64,000 nt of DNA from Dipteris shenzhenensis (Eukaryota). Shown in pieces: positions 12,840 through 25,699 of this stretch (its first letter is position 1; each line of letters opens with the position of its first letter). The stretch lies in assembly GCA_047967505.1 (NCBI GenBank), contig CM106538.1. The stretch is one strand, 5' to 3'. The position numbers and the translations under genes are program-made. The notes below the pieces were generated by a model, which did not search any database, was not told the origin of the DNA, and worked only from the letters and a program-made list of their open reading frames with translations.

Positions 12840-13370
12840 GAGAGTACACAAAAGTTTAAGGAATCTTTTCCTAATGTTTATCATATGAGATGAAGATGCA
12901 TGGTTGTTGATGTACCAAGGATCCTGATTTGCTTGGTTGACTTGATAACTGCACTCCCCTTCTGAATTGCAATCAATGTCAAGATACACTGTATCAGTCT
13001 TTTGCATCTCCTCGCTTGCAAGAAACATGTTATTAGGTTCATTTGCATAATGACTGTGACTTGAATGTCCACCACGATGATTTCTGTTTTCTCAAAAATT
13101 TCCTTGATTTCTACTAGATTGATTGCATTGGTCGTACTGCTTCTTACAACAATCTCTTTATGTAAGATTTCTCATTTTTTAAATGGATGATTTCTTGATC
13201 TCTTTTGATGACATCCACATGCATATATTCATCATCAGTAAGCAACAAAACTAACTTTTGCAATGAAAATGAAAACTAGAAATGCACTTGCAGAGCCTCT
13301 AGCAGACCTCATAAATACACTGAGCTTGTTGATGAAGTCTAATGCATCTTTAGTACTACATCCCTACAAA
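12840..13370 (-). pseudogene. Highly degenerate copia-like gag/protease fragment
   Basis: ORF 12834-13028 reads MFLASEE...DPWYINNHASSSHM, resembling the copia protease motif WYIDSGASNHM. Confidence 0.4.
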
Positions 13371-14049
13371 GAAATTGAAAGTACATACTATAGTAATAAT
13401 CTTGTCGGTAAAATTGAAACAAGAGTTTAAAATCAAGTGGAAATAATGTTATCTGTATCATTTTGTGTCAATCATGTGAATTTAGACCACTAAGTTTTCC
13501 ATTTGAAGTAAAGGAAACCTTACAGTTATGAATGTATCCAGTGGAGTAGGTCTATCCTAAAGATCTCGGAGATACTTGCTATAGAGAGGTTGATAAGATA
13601 GTTGGGAGTTTGGAATTTCTTTGAGCTACAATAATGTTGTTTTATTATTGAAAAAGTAAAAATCTTGCAAACATTTCTTGGACTTTTGAACTTTCTCAAA
13701 GTGCCATTATCCGTGATCTATGGTGCTCGTAATACCTAATTTTGTATCAACCTACTTCCATGTTAGTACTTAAATGTTGTAAGTGGCCCGGTAATAAATA
13801 GGAGCAAAACTTTCTAATTGAAAACACCAAAGAGAGGGCTTGCTGCTCCATTTATTCATACGGTGGTTGAAATCTGACAGTTAAAGATAACTAGTCTAAA
13901 GGGGATTGTTTTAGTATAGCACTGTGCAATAAATTTTAGGATAGCGCGGCAGTGGTGCAAGATAAGTGGTCACCACAATGTGGTGGTTAGTTGCACTAGG
14001 ATATTAATAGCCACCAGTGCAGTGGTTTGCTTTTATTATTACAAGATGA

Positions 14050-14465
14050 ATGGATTTGTGGATGTGTGGATTCATTATGGGATTTAATAAAACCAGTGCA
14101 GTGGTCGGTTGGGATATACTAAAAACAAGCATGGGATTTATCGTTTGGGATTTACAAAAACCATTTAATAAAACTAGTGCAGTGATTGTTTGGGATATAC
14201 TAAAAACAAGTTATGGGATTTAATAAAACTAGCGTAGTGGTTCTTTGGGATATACTAAAAATAAGCATGGGATTTATCGTTTGGGATTTGCAAAAATAAT
14301 TTAATAAAACCAATGCAGTGGTTGTTTGGGATATACTAAAAGCAACCATGGGATTTATCATTTGGGATTTACAAAAACAAGTGTGGTGGTTAGTTTGGGA
14401 TTTACTAAAAGAAGCGGTGGTTGTTTGGGATATACTAAAAACAAGCATGGGATTTATCATTTAGC
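14050..14465. repeat. Minisatellite array, copy 2 (immediately 3' of the transposase)
   Basis: At least 10 TGGGAT...TAAAA units, homologous to 12350-12640. Confidence 0.85.
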
Positions 14466-14489
14466 AGTTCATAATTACAGCCTCTCTTG

Positions 14490-17400
14490 GATGTTTTTTT
14501 GTACCAAAAAGCTCTGACTACTACATCCCACTTCTCATAGGTTGTTTCCCAATTATCCTTAAATGCTAGCTCAACATTGTGCTTAGGTTTTATGCATTGC
14601 AACAAAAACTATGGGTCATCTTCCTCTTTCTCCTTGAGGTTCTTCCGAGAGGCGATGACAACTACAAAGTTATCCCCCTCATCCAAACAACTAGTGAGGT
14701 CATCATAACTCTCCTCAAACTATGGCGAGTCATTGTTTGTCTCTCCATTGTTTGTCACTCCATCTGAATATAGAGGGAAAACTTGAACTCACTCCCATGT
14801 CTTCATAGTTGCAATGTTCTCACAATCATCACGATCCCCTATGATGCACACACTATAGAAATAAGAAAGTTTCCTTTTTTCAATTAGTTGGTTGTTTGAA
14901 AAGCCCTATATGTTGTGCAAACCACTAACTCCTTTAATTTTCTCACAATCATGCTGGCTTCTCCTTTGCACGTCATCCACTTTCACTTCATGGAACACTC
15001 TATGCACTACACTATTCTTAAGTCTTTGTTTACTGTATGTTGAATGCGTGCTGTGGAGAGGTTGGTTGTAAACCATGTTACAGCATCATGGGCATCATTG
15101 AGTTTTGAAAGGGCATGTTAATTGATGTTTAAATAGAGCTTTCTTAATAACAGCACCACATCCATCATGTTCACCCTTGTCATGGCTAGACCCAAAGAAA
15201 TTCCACATCATGCCTAGACCGGGCAAGGATTTGAACCTTGAGACAAAGTAGAATCCATGGGCTAATGGAAATTGAGAGGAAGCACCATCTGACCACACCC
15301 AATGTTGTCTTATATTTTCTGCATGGGGATTTTCCTTTTTCAGCCATTCCCAATGCAGTAGAAAAGCATGATGCACAAATAAGGTGTCATGTTCCCTATC
15401 ATCTGAAATGTAGAAGTGGTATGTGTGTTGCACTGTCTTGGTATGAGTCATCAAGAAGATTGGCATCAAGTGTAAAAGAACCAGGCAAATCATTGTACAT
15501 AATATGCACATGAATTTTTATCTGCTTGTTGTACCAATGAGCACTGTGTATCTCATCTTGTTCTTGAAATGATTAACTTTTAGCAAAATCTATCACAGAG
15601 ACAATAGCGTCATGGGGAAAATTGACAAGGCACGTCTTGAACTGCTTATCTTGCTAGCTGGCTATGAAATTGTGAAGCACATATTTTGGGATAGATTAAA
15701 CCACATGATCTATAAGCTCCCGTATATGATGATAGTAGCCATCTCTTTTTATCGGATCCTTCAACATTGACATTTTCAAATCTCCTCCATTTTAGAGCAA
15801 CAGGGTTGTCTTCCCTCATTTCATTTGGACAGACATGAAATGCCTTCTTCTTCAACTTCAGACTGCAATGCTTGCATGTTCCACGAATGCATTCAATACG
15901 GTGCCACTCACAGTCTCCCTTTGGACAAACTACTGGCTCCCACAAAGACCTTAGGCTACAAAACCTTCTCTCCCTTGCAACACATGATGAGGATCCAGGT
16001 GGCCTACAAGCTACGCCTTCATCGGGGAGACATGGCCATCGATCCCCATGGAGCAATCTCAAACACAACCAAATCTCAAGTCATTCATAGCTTGCTAGGT
16101 CAAATTCTATGTCTGTTTTGCAACAACAAACATTCATGTCTTTGAGTTTCTTGACATACCAGGGCTTACAATGCTCAAAGCGTTCAGATTCTAATCCATA
16201 AACTTGAGATAAAATTCTGTCTACTGCTACTACTGACCCAACATGTGGGAACAATAGAATAATGATCCCTCTTTTAAATGGAATGACAGTCGCAATTTTA
16301 ACTACTGGCTGGTTTAGGATAGTCACAATTTCAATCGCCGGGCTAGTTTAGGACACATTTAGGACATTCAACCACAGGGATGGTTTAGGACACATTTAGG
16401 ACAGCCACAATTTCAACCACTGAGATGGTTTAGGACACTGTCACAATTTCAACCACCAGGCTGGTTTAGCCTAACGGTCTCAAGTTCACATATTAGACAA
16501 TAACAAGTATATTGCTTTTCATTTTTGAATTTCACAATTAGAAAATAACAAATATTGCTTTTCATTTTTGAATTTCAAATTTCAATCACAATTTTAGTTA
16601 GTAACTGATGTTTGTCTTAAACTAGCACCGGGCTGGTTTAGGACAATCACATTAAGTCCAAGCCATCCCAATCTAGAAATAGTGGTATATGACCCGAATA
16701 GCAAGAAATTAAATTTAACAAATTTAAGTACTAAGAAACACAATAATTTCAACCACCGGGCTGGTCAACAACTAATGTTTGTTCAACCATGCTCATTCAA
16801 GACAATCACATAGCTGGTGATTAAGTTGAAGCAGCCACACAGTTGCATGATGTTCCAACCACCGGGTTGGTTTAGTAAAATAACAATATATTGCTATTCT
16901 ATTGCAAAATATATTGCTGTTAATTTCTACTCAACCATGCCATCAGACTAGACAACAACTAATGTCTATTCAACTACACTAGTTCAGGACAATCACATAC
17001 CTAGCCATTGAGCTGAATCATCCTACGATTGCATGAAGTTCCAACCACCAGGCTGGTTTAGGACAACCACATTTAGTCCAAGCCTCATTTAAGAAATGAA
17101 ACAAGTAAACTATCCCAAAGCTCAATCGCAAAATCGCAAACAAACACTGGGATAGTTTAGGCACCATTGACCTACGTTGTATCAAGCATGTGTATGATGT
17201 GCTCCTCAAACACCTTGCATCCCGTTTGCTTTTTATAGATGTCCTTTCTATTTGGAGAAACTCTCGTATTTTTTGTGCCAAAACGTTGTCAATGTAGCAA
17301 TGACTTTCACACTTAGGTTGTCTCTCCTTTTCTTGCATTCTGTTGAAGCCCATAGACTTCTCGGATCGGGATGATCGTGTATTGCTTCTACTCTACATTC

Positions 17401-17950
17401 AACTATTGGAGCCACATTGGTCCTTCTGATTGACAACATCTTTGACATTGTGTGCCCAAGTTGTTTCTCCTTTGTTTTAGGGGACACCAACATAGCTAAT
17501 GTCGCCCTCTTTACAGCTAGTTGATCTAAGCTATGCACCCTTTCACTTTCTATAGGCCATTTCTCAAGTTAGAGAGCATCTCCTCTTGGGTGTGCATCTC
17601 CCAAGGTATTGGTTGGTAGGGTTGTTACTCTATGAACTTTACGGTGCAAGCTAAAGCTTGTCTTCAAGACTTGAGATTGGTAATCACTTGAATGGCTTGA
17701 TGTTGCTGCCTTGAATGCTCCCACCAATAGTGACACCACAGCTCATGTTCTTCACTCCGATGGTAATGATCGAATGCGTGCATCTGTAAACTACTTCCTG
17801 CTGTTGCTGCTCTATAAGAAGTCCTCTTTCTTCTTGGTGTTTCTCCGTTCGTAGATGTTGCAAAAGTGTCTTCCATTGCCATTTTAATACCATGCCATCA
17901 CTTTCCTTGACCCGTAATCTATTCCTTGTGCCTTGACCAGGCTTTTTCAA
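14490..17950 (-). pseudogene. Degenerate DDD-type DNA transposase (Sola2-like, family tentative)
   Basis: Colinear motifs on the - strand: FEHCKPWYVKKLKDMNVCCC (16120-16180), VVCPK..CIRGTCKHC, QDKQFKTCL..VSVIDFAKS*SFQEQDEIHSAHWY (~15530-15655), HFYISDDREHDT, WVWSDGASSQF, WNFFGSSHDKGEHDGCGAVIK (15145-15210), and C-terminal RKLSYFY..C..DCEN. Stops and frameshifts present. Confidence 0.8.
16295..17165. repeat. Repeat-rich insert/intron inside the transposase (ACCGGGCTGGTTTAGGACA motif, ~10 copies)
   Basis: Motif near 16303, 16337, 16375, 16420, 16455, 16627, 16755, 16861, 17046 and 17147; higher-order ~190 bp duplication of 16768-16875 at 16956-17062. Confidence 0.8.
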
Positions 17951-18429
17951 CTTTCCTATCTCATAGCCTCAGTTTGCTTCTCTTGCAAGCCATGGCGAGC
18001 TACATGTTGCCATTGACACCATGGCCACAATTAGTCGAAAATAGACCCAGAGAAGCTTGTTGGTGAGGCAAGCAAAGAATAGAAAATCACTTACCTGAAA
18101 GAAGACAATGCCAAACCAAAGTTTGCACAAGGTCACATCGAGGTGTGTGTGAGTTGCATGGCATTTGCAAGGCGAGGGCAAGTTGGAGGTACTTAATCTT
18201 CCAAGATTTGATGGGCAGGAGGTGTGCATCACTATAGCACAACATTGGAGGCCCATTAGTCCATGCCTAATGTTCTCATTTAGGTGTGTCTTTGGGTTGA
18301 GGAGAAGCTCACATAGTGTTCTTTTAAATGATTACTTGGTTGCATGTATGTATAGAACAAAATTTTGATATTTTTGAATAAATTGCTATATCCTATAGTC
18401 TTTAGGATACATGCTTCACATGCAACATA

Positions 18430-19490
18430 TCACTTGTAATGCTTTAACAATCTCATTCCAAATCCTTACTCCATAATTTTTTGGTATAATGTTCAAGTTG
18501 GAATGTGTACTACAACTTGAAGACAAAGTCTGCCGAATTCCATTGAGCAATGCATAAGTTATGGGCCATGCAAGATACCTATATATAGAAAATTCCTTGA
18601 ACCTCACCAAAAATGGCTACACCCAAGCAAACAATGACTCTTTTGTGTATATGATTCTATTCTATAGTGCACCTTTGTATAACCACACCCAAATGGATTG
18701 CATTACTTGATGAGGACCTTAATTGATTTGAAGAAACTTTTTGGTATATTTTGTGAGCTTGAGGGATGCATGTGTTAATTCCCACTTTGCAATGTCTTGA
18801 TATGTCAGTCTTGGATTTTGAATGTCTTTTTGAGCCAAAGAAAATCATAGGAAAGTTCAACTCCTCACTATTCTTGTCTTGAAATAGTTCCAGTGGTTTG
18901 TTTTTCTTGCAAGGGGCTACGTAGTTTTGATGTTAGTATCATAATCTATGACTTGCTCAGCTATAATGAGGTTGTGTATTAAAGTGTCTGGTAAGTCTCC
19001 TTAGTGTCATCTACTACAGTTCTAGATTGTTGGCCGTTCACTTCTTCTTCTATATTATATTCCAAATATAGCATTCATTCCAAATGCTCGGTCCATTGCT
19101 AGTTGATTTCTATATTGTTGGATTTGTAAAGTGGCATTTGAATAAGCATGTGTAACACTCGCATTTAGGATTACGAGATACACTTTTTCAAGCAAGCACG
19201 TGCTCTTATATTGTAGTTTTTTTTTAAATTCCAACTATTATTGATGATTTGTTGTTAATAAATTGTAGTAATATGTGTTTCACCTTATTTGTGTTAGCCA
19301 TCATGTTCACAATGCTACCTTGTACCCCATACTATCCACCATGTGATAATTCTCTTATTTGAGTAAATGCTATTCTTGGAGTAACCAACCGTTCTTCAAT
19401 GTCATTGAAGATTGCCATGCTCAACAACTTAGCATTCCACTGTATTTGCTAGGGTATGAAGTATTTTGGGATGTTGTTTGCTTTTATGGC
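18430..19490 (-). pseudogene. Helentron/Helitron2-like RepHel remnant (DUF6570-like Rep-upstream domain; possible helicase tail after an internal deletion)
   Basis: Manual - strand translation: NDIEERLVTPRIAFTQIRELSHGG*YGVQGSIVN...KKLQYK...MPLYKSNNIEIN*QW (19090-19410), then KPLELFQDKNSEELNFPMIFFG (18835-18905) and QDIAKWEL (~18776-18800). Confidence 0.75.
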
Positions 19491-20592
19491 TGTCTTATAT
19501 TCTCTGCAAATACGTTGTTTCTTTCCTTCTAAAGGAAAATCGTGTTGTCTTTTGCCTGGGGGGGATCACTATAGTATAAACCCCATGTATAAACCCCATA
19601 TATCATGTGTGCGTTCGTAAAACCCCTTATCTAGAAATTCATTATGAATAAAAGACACCCTTTTCCTATTCAATCTATGAATATCCCCTTTATATGCTAC
19701 CCTTTTTTATGTGAAAAATGAGTACAAAATGGATTTAAAAATCTCCTTCTATTGAACCCACGTGTTATGCTTACATATTCATGAGTGACCCCCTCGAGTC
19801 TTTTTCTCATTATCCAAGCATGTGTACTTTCCTTCACGTATCCAACGAGTATTCCGTCTATTCTATTTGTCTTCTATCCAACGAGTATTCCTTCTATGAT
19901 TGTGGTCTCACTTTTGCATGGAAAAATTAACATTTTGGGATACTTTATGAGACGAACCACAGTTTTTGTCACTTCTATGTGAGTTGTCATTTTAGAAGGG
20001 CTATTGTTAATTTCACTTTGTGAATGATGTGTTTCGAACTCAAACTTGAATGTTTAGAAGAAAACAAGTTGTAAGAATAAGTCTTCGATGTAGTAGTGGT
20101 AGTTATTATCTAACAATGCTTCCAGGTGCTGGCTAATGCTTCTGAAGTTCAGGTGAAGTTCTTGGAAGAGCTTAGATTTGAAGAATTGTCAACCCCATTC
20201 CTCATGTTGAAAGTCAAACATTTGTGAAAACTTTGTACATTGTAAGTATGATATTTTCTTTAATGCTTCCTATGTGGTGTGGAATTTGGGTCAATGCCTA
20301 TTTCTTTAGAATGGTGTGGCTGCTTATGGTCAAATAGTAGACAACCACATAACACAGTGGTTGTTAAACAATGGTGCTTGTTTGATGAGTAGGACAAAGG
20401 AACTAGGATCTAAGTCTTCTCTAGCCTTATGTGATGCAAACATTATTGTGTCATACATGATAGCAATAGGGGAGAAATATTCGAGCAATGCTGGAACTTT
20501 CGCCTAGTAATTATGGATTCAGAATTCAACTATTTCAACACTAAATGTACTTATAAATATAGGTAGCAAAAGTCCATCCTAAGACATAGGGG

Positions 20593-23500
20593 TGTTGAGA
20601 TATTGAGTTGCACTTGTGATATGCTAGGGTGACTGTTGTGCATTTATGTCACTGACTTGTTAGCTGCAAATGCGGTTGGTACACCGCCCATGAATAATAG
20701 CTGGATGACAGCTATCTTTATATACTTTAGTTAGTGGCTCAGTTAGTATGCCACCTTAGTTAACTGAGTTTGGTTTGAGACCCACATATAGGGTTCACCT
20801 ATTCTTTTGTACTTAGAGTTCTTTTGGCTTTCACGACTAAGAAGAGGAAAACTGTTTTCAGCCTCCACCTTTGTGTCTATGCCCCCATTGTGTATGTAAG
20901 AAAGCTGCAAGTGAGACTCCTTCCTTCTCTCCCACTCTCTTCACATGGTATTAGAGCTCGATTCGTGGTAAGAAGCTCAAGAAAGCAAACCAAGTTTGTG
21001 GTGTCCTAGTAAGAGGATCAGTGTTGCTTTCCTTTTTTTTCGAGTTTGGGAGCAAATCTCTACAGGTAGCATAGCCAAAAAGTGCAAGAGTGCACTGTCT
21101 CAGATTGGGACGCCTTTGCAGTGTGGCTAGAGGAGGGCAGTATATGCTACGGGAAAGGCGAAGTCCTTGGTGAAATTATTTTTTTGATTTGAGGCCATTT
21201 CAGGGCCTGTTTTGGTGGTAGAAGTTTTCCACAAGCACTCAAGAAAGTGCCCTATTTTTACTGTGCGACCACTGTTCTACAGGTTGGTGAAAAGTTATCA
21301 TAGAAATTACATTGTATGCCTATGTGCAAAGATATTGGGAGTGACAAAATCATTCTTATTTCCTGTTGATGCATAATCGTCACTAGGAAGTGACTGTGTG
21401 GTCAAATACCACTCTTGTCAATTTTGCAGCTTTGCCCTTGTAAGGCGGAAGTTGTGGTTTTTGTAGTGACATAATATTTTGCAGTGTTTTGTAATGGCGT
21501 CTGATGCTCTTTCACAGATTGTCACTGAAAAGCTTGACAAGAACGACTTCCAAGCATGGAATTTTAGAATGACGAATTTTGTTAAGGGAAAAGGCTATTG
21601 GGAGTTCATTACTGAACCAGAACCATTTATTCCTAATATTCCCAATCAACAAGAGTTGCAAGGCATTTAAAGGCTGGCATGGAAGAGCCAGAAAAGTTAT
21701 GTACTGGATGTTTATTAGTATTTCAAATTCTATGATTGTGCATATTCAAGATGCAAGCACACCAAAGAGGCATGGGATACTTTGACAAAAATGTATAGCA
21801 TAAATACGCAAGCCAGGAAAATGTAGCTCAAGCAGGAGTTGCATAATGTGCAAAGAGAAAATATGAACATCAATGACTACCACATGAAGGTGAAGAAGAT
21901 TGTAGATGCACCTGCTTCTATTGGGTCGCCAGTGGAAGATGATGATTTAGTTTCTATGACCTTGAATGGTCTAGGAAAGGATTATGCATGATTTCGGACA
22001 TCCATTGCCATTCGTGAGAATTTTCCTGATTTTGAGGAGTTGATTGCTCTTCTAATTTTTGAAGAGCAGAGAAATGATGGTGCATCTTCTTCAGGAGGAA
22101 CTTCAAAAGAAGTTGTCTTCTACTCAAATGCTGGAAGAGGTAGAGGCAGAGGTAGAGCAGGCTGATTTGGAGGCCATGGCAGAAATTAGAATATGTAGCA
22201 AGTTCAAGAAAACTAGTCCTTTGGAGGAGGACGTGGTAACTTTAGAGGCAAGGGGAGCCAAAGGGGTCGTGGTGAATGGCAGAGAGGCCAAAATGCAAAC
22301 AACAATGTTGAATAGTACTACTATGGTAAAATGGGTCATATGGTTAGAGACTGCTATAAAAAGAAGAATGACATCATGATTAGAAAATTGCAACAAGGCA
22401 CTTATGCATCCTCTAGTAGATAGGGTGATGATAGAAATGAGCATCTGTTTATGGTGGAGCACATGACCAATTCTGTGACAAGTGTAGAAGAAAGCAATGA
22501 TGTGTGGTATGTTGACTCAGGTGTGTCAAACCACATGACAGGTCATGCAGAATGGATGCAGGATGCAAGGAAAATGGAAAGACTAGGATTTGTGGAGATT
22601 GGTGATGATACTGCACATCCTATTATGCAGATTGGTAAAATTCCTTTGTCTATGTAGGATGGAAAAAAGAAATACGTGTCTGATGTATTTCATGTCCCGA
22701 ATATCACCAAGAACCTAGTTTTTGTTGGTCAAATGGTTGAGCAAGGCTTGCAGGTCATGGGACCAGTGTAGTTGCAGATATTGATATCTAGCATAAACGC
22801 ATTGGTCATGTTAATGTATAGTGACTTAAATTAATTCAGGCCCAAAATATTGTTGCACGATTGCCTAAGTTCAAGGTTGCAGAAATGCATAAGGTATGTG
22901 AAGCTTGTCAATTTGGAATACAGGCAAGGAAACTATTTCCTAGACATGTTCAAGAGAGTAAGAGGCCATTGGAATTAATCCACTCTCATGTGTGGACTAC
23001 TAAAGCTGCATCTATTGTAGGTTGTCATTATTTTGTCACTTTTATTGATGACTACAACAGAAAAGTTTGGGTGTATTTTATGAAAAAGGAAAGTGAAGTG
23101 TTTGGGCATTTCAAAGCTTTTAAAGGTATGGTTGAAAAGGAAATAGGCCTATAAATAAAATGCCTAAGGTCTGATGGAGGGGGAGAGTACCTCTTAAATG
23201 AGTTTGCAAGTTTCCTACAGGAGCATGGCATAAAGTAGCAATATTCAAGCAGTCATATCCCAGAGCAAAATGGACTTGCAAAAAGGAAAAACAGGCATAT
23301 TAGAGAGGTATCTCGTGCCATGCTCAATGAAAAAAACCTGCCAGATTATTATTGGGCTGAAGCAGTTGCTACAATAGTGTCTACATAATGAATAGGACTC
23401 CCACTGTAACAATACATGGCATGACACCAGAGGAGATGTATACTGGTAGGAAATCAGATATTTCTCATTTGAAAGTTTTTCATTGCATGCTTATGTTCAT

Positions 23501-24329
23501 GTGCCAGATGAGTTGAGATCCAAGTTGGATCCAAAAGCTAAGAAGTGCATCTTTATTAGTTATTCTCTGTAGCAGAAAGGGTATAGATGCTATAACCCTT
23601 CTACTCGTAAGTTGCCTTGTCAAGCACAGAGGCTGAGTATAGGGGTGCAGCAATGGCTGCATGTGAGGCATCTTGGTTGCATAAGCTACTTTATGATATG
23701 CATCAATCTACAGATGGGCCAGTTGTCATTTATTATGACAACATGAGTAGGATACACTTGGCAAATAACCCAGTCTATCATGCTAGAACAAAGCACATTG
23801 AGGTGCATTATCACTATGTGCGAGAGAAGGTTCTAGTAGGTTTTATTGATCTAGTTTATGTCAGCACAGACGACCAGGTAGTTAACAAATTAATGAAAGC
23901 ATTGGGTGTAGAGAAGCTATGCAAGTTCAGAGACATGCTTGGTGTGCAAGAATTGGGATTGAGCTTGAGGGGGAGTGTTGAGATATCGAGCTCCACTTGT
24001 GATATGCCAGGGTGACCGTTGTGCATTAATGTCACTGACTTGTTAGTTGCAGATGCAGTTGGTACACCGCCCATGAATAATAGCTGGATGATAGCTATCT
24101 TTATGTACTCTAGCTAGTGGCTCAGTTAGTATGCCACTTTAGCTAACTGAGTTTGGTTTGAGACCCACATATAGGATTTACCTATTCTTTTGTACTTAAG
24201 AGTTCTTTTATCTTTCACAACTAAGAAGAGGAAAATTGTTTTCACCCTCCACCTTTGCGTATATCCCCCCATTGTGTATGTGAGAAAGATGCAAGTGAGA
24301 CTCCTTCCTTCTCTTCCACTCTCTTCACG
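20593..24329 (+). mobile_element. Ty1/copia element with both LTRs, internally deleted (RT missing)
   Basis: 5' LTR 20593-20945, PBS TGGTATTAGAGC 20946-20957, 3' LTR 23976-24329, TSD AGGGG (20588-20592 / 24330-24334). Gag, WYVDSGVSNHM protease and integrase are present; the sequence then jumps at ~23612 directly to RNase H VALSSTEAEY. Confidence 0.95.
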
Positions 24330-25699
24330 AGGGGGAGGGGGGGCTATGAAGGTTCTTTTACTAGCATACGTCGTATAGCATGATATCAATAGGGGGAGAA
24401 GTATTTGGGCAATGCTAGAACTTTCATCCAGTAATTATAGATTCAGACTTCAACTAATTCAATAGTAAATCTACTTGTAAATATAGGTACCAAAAGTACA
24501 TCTCAAGAGTTAGGGTGAGGGGTGTTATGAAAGTTTTTTTATTAGGGCATGTTATCTTTGTCTCTTACTTTTTATAGGAATGCAGCAGTTCCAAGCGTAG
24601 CAGGTTTAAGTGGATGTAACAAGTATTGAAGATGCTATAGTAGGTAAGTAATGACAGTTGTAACAATGGTGATGTTGTAGCTACCATTGAAGAGTTGCAA
24701 TAATAATGTACGAAGGAAGGTTCATTACTATCTTGTGAGTATGCGTAGTAGTCTCAATTTAAAGTTTTGAATAAAGAGAGTCATGCACTTAATAAGATAA
24801 GAACAAATAGCAACACATAATCAACATTATTCGAATGATCAGAATACATTATGTGTTATGGATGATCACTTATAAACAAAGCAAGGAAAAACTTAATCTC
24901 TTTGTAAATGCAAGGAAGATGTGCTCGTGAAGCAACAAACTTCTATTAGTATGTTTGAAGGATGAGTACTCTCAAAATATAATGGCGTTAATGGGTAATG
25001 ATAGGAATGTGACATGTACTAAATGAACATAGGTTAAGTAAAGTGTGATTACCTTTTTTGAATTAAGAAGTCATGACTTTATACAAGGATAAATTACATA
25101 ATGCAAAATGGGTAGTCACCTAAAAAGGAGATAATATGTACAAGTATTTTCTATGTATAACTTTTTCTTTTTTTTTAATTGTAGGTAAAGCGTATTTATT
25201 GAGGGGGACATTAAGAGATAGGTCTTCCTTACTTAATGATGAAAACAAATTGAAACTATGTAGCAGTAGGGTGCTACTGTGTTACAGAATAAAGAAGCTG
25301 ATAATCTTGTGCTTACAATGGACAAAAACCTCTAGAACTGATGAGCTTGAACTATGAATGAAATGTACAGAAACTAAACAACATCAGGCTACTACTATGC
25401 TACAAATGAATGAAGCTGACAATTTTGCATTGTACAGTGCGGGGACATTAAGAAATTTGATGGCTTTGGACTTTGAAAAACAACAAAAGAGTGACGAACA
25501 ACTACCAACTATGTTGCAGGTTTCACACATGCTCGATCAACTGCTCAAGCAGCATTACCCCTCAAAAGAATGAAGCCTACAACTAGACCATGCATATTAA
25601 CCAGGAACATTCATTCGATCCTCTGATCGAATAATTTTGATTTCAGGAACTGTGTGTTATCTTCAAGAAGTTCTATGAATGGGCGAGGCAAATCTAAGA

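Noticed and set aside
12350-17165. Repeat arrays as CRISPR-like repeat-spacer loci
   Set aside because: Units are degenerate, spacers are irregular and often themselves duplicated, there are no cas genes, and the context is a eukaryotic TE.
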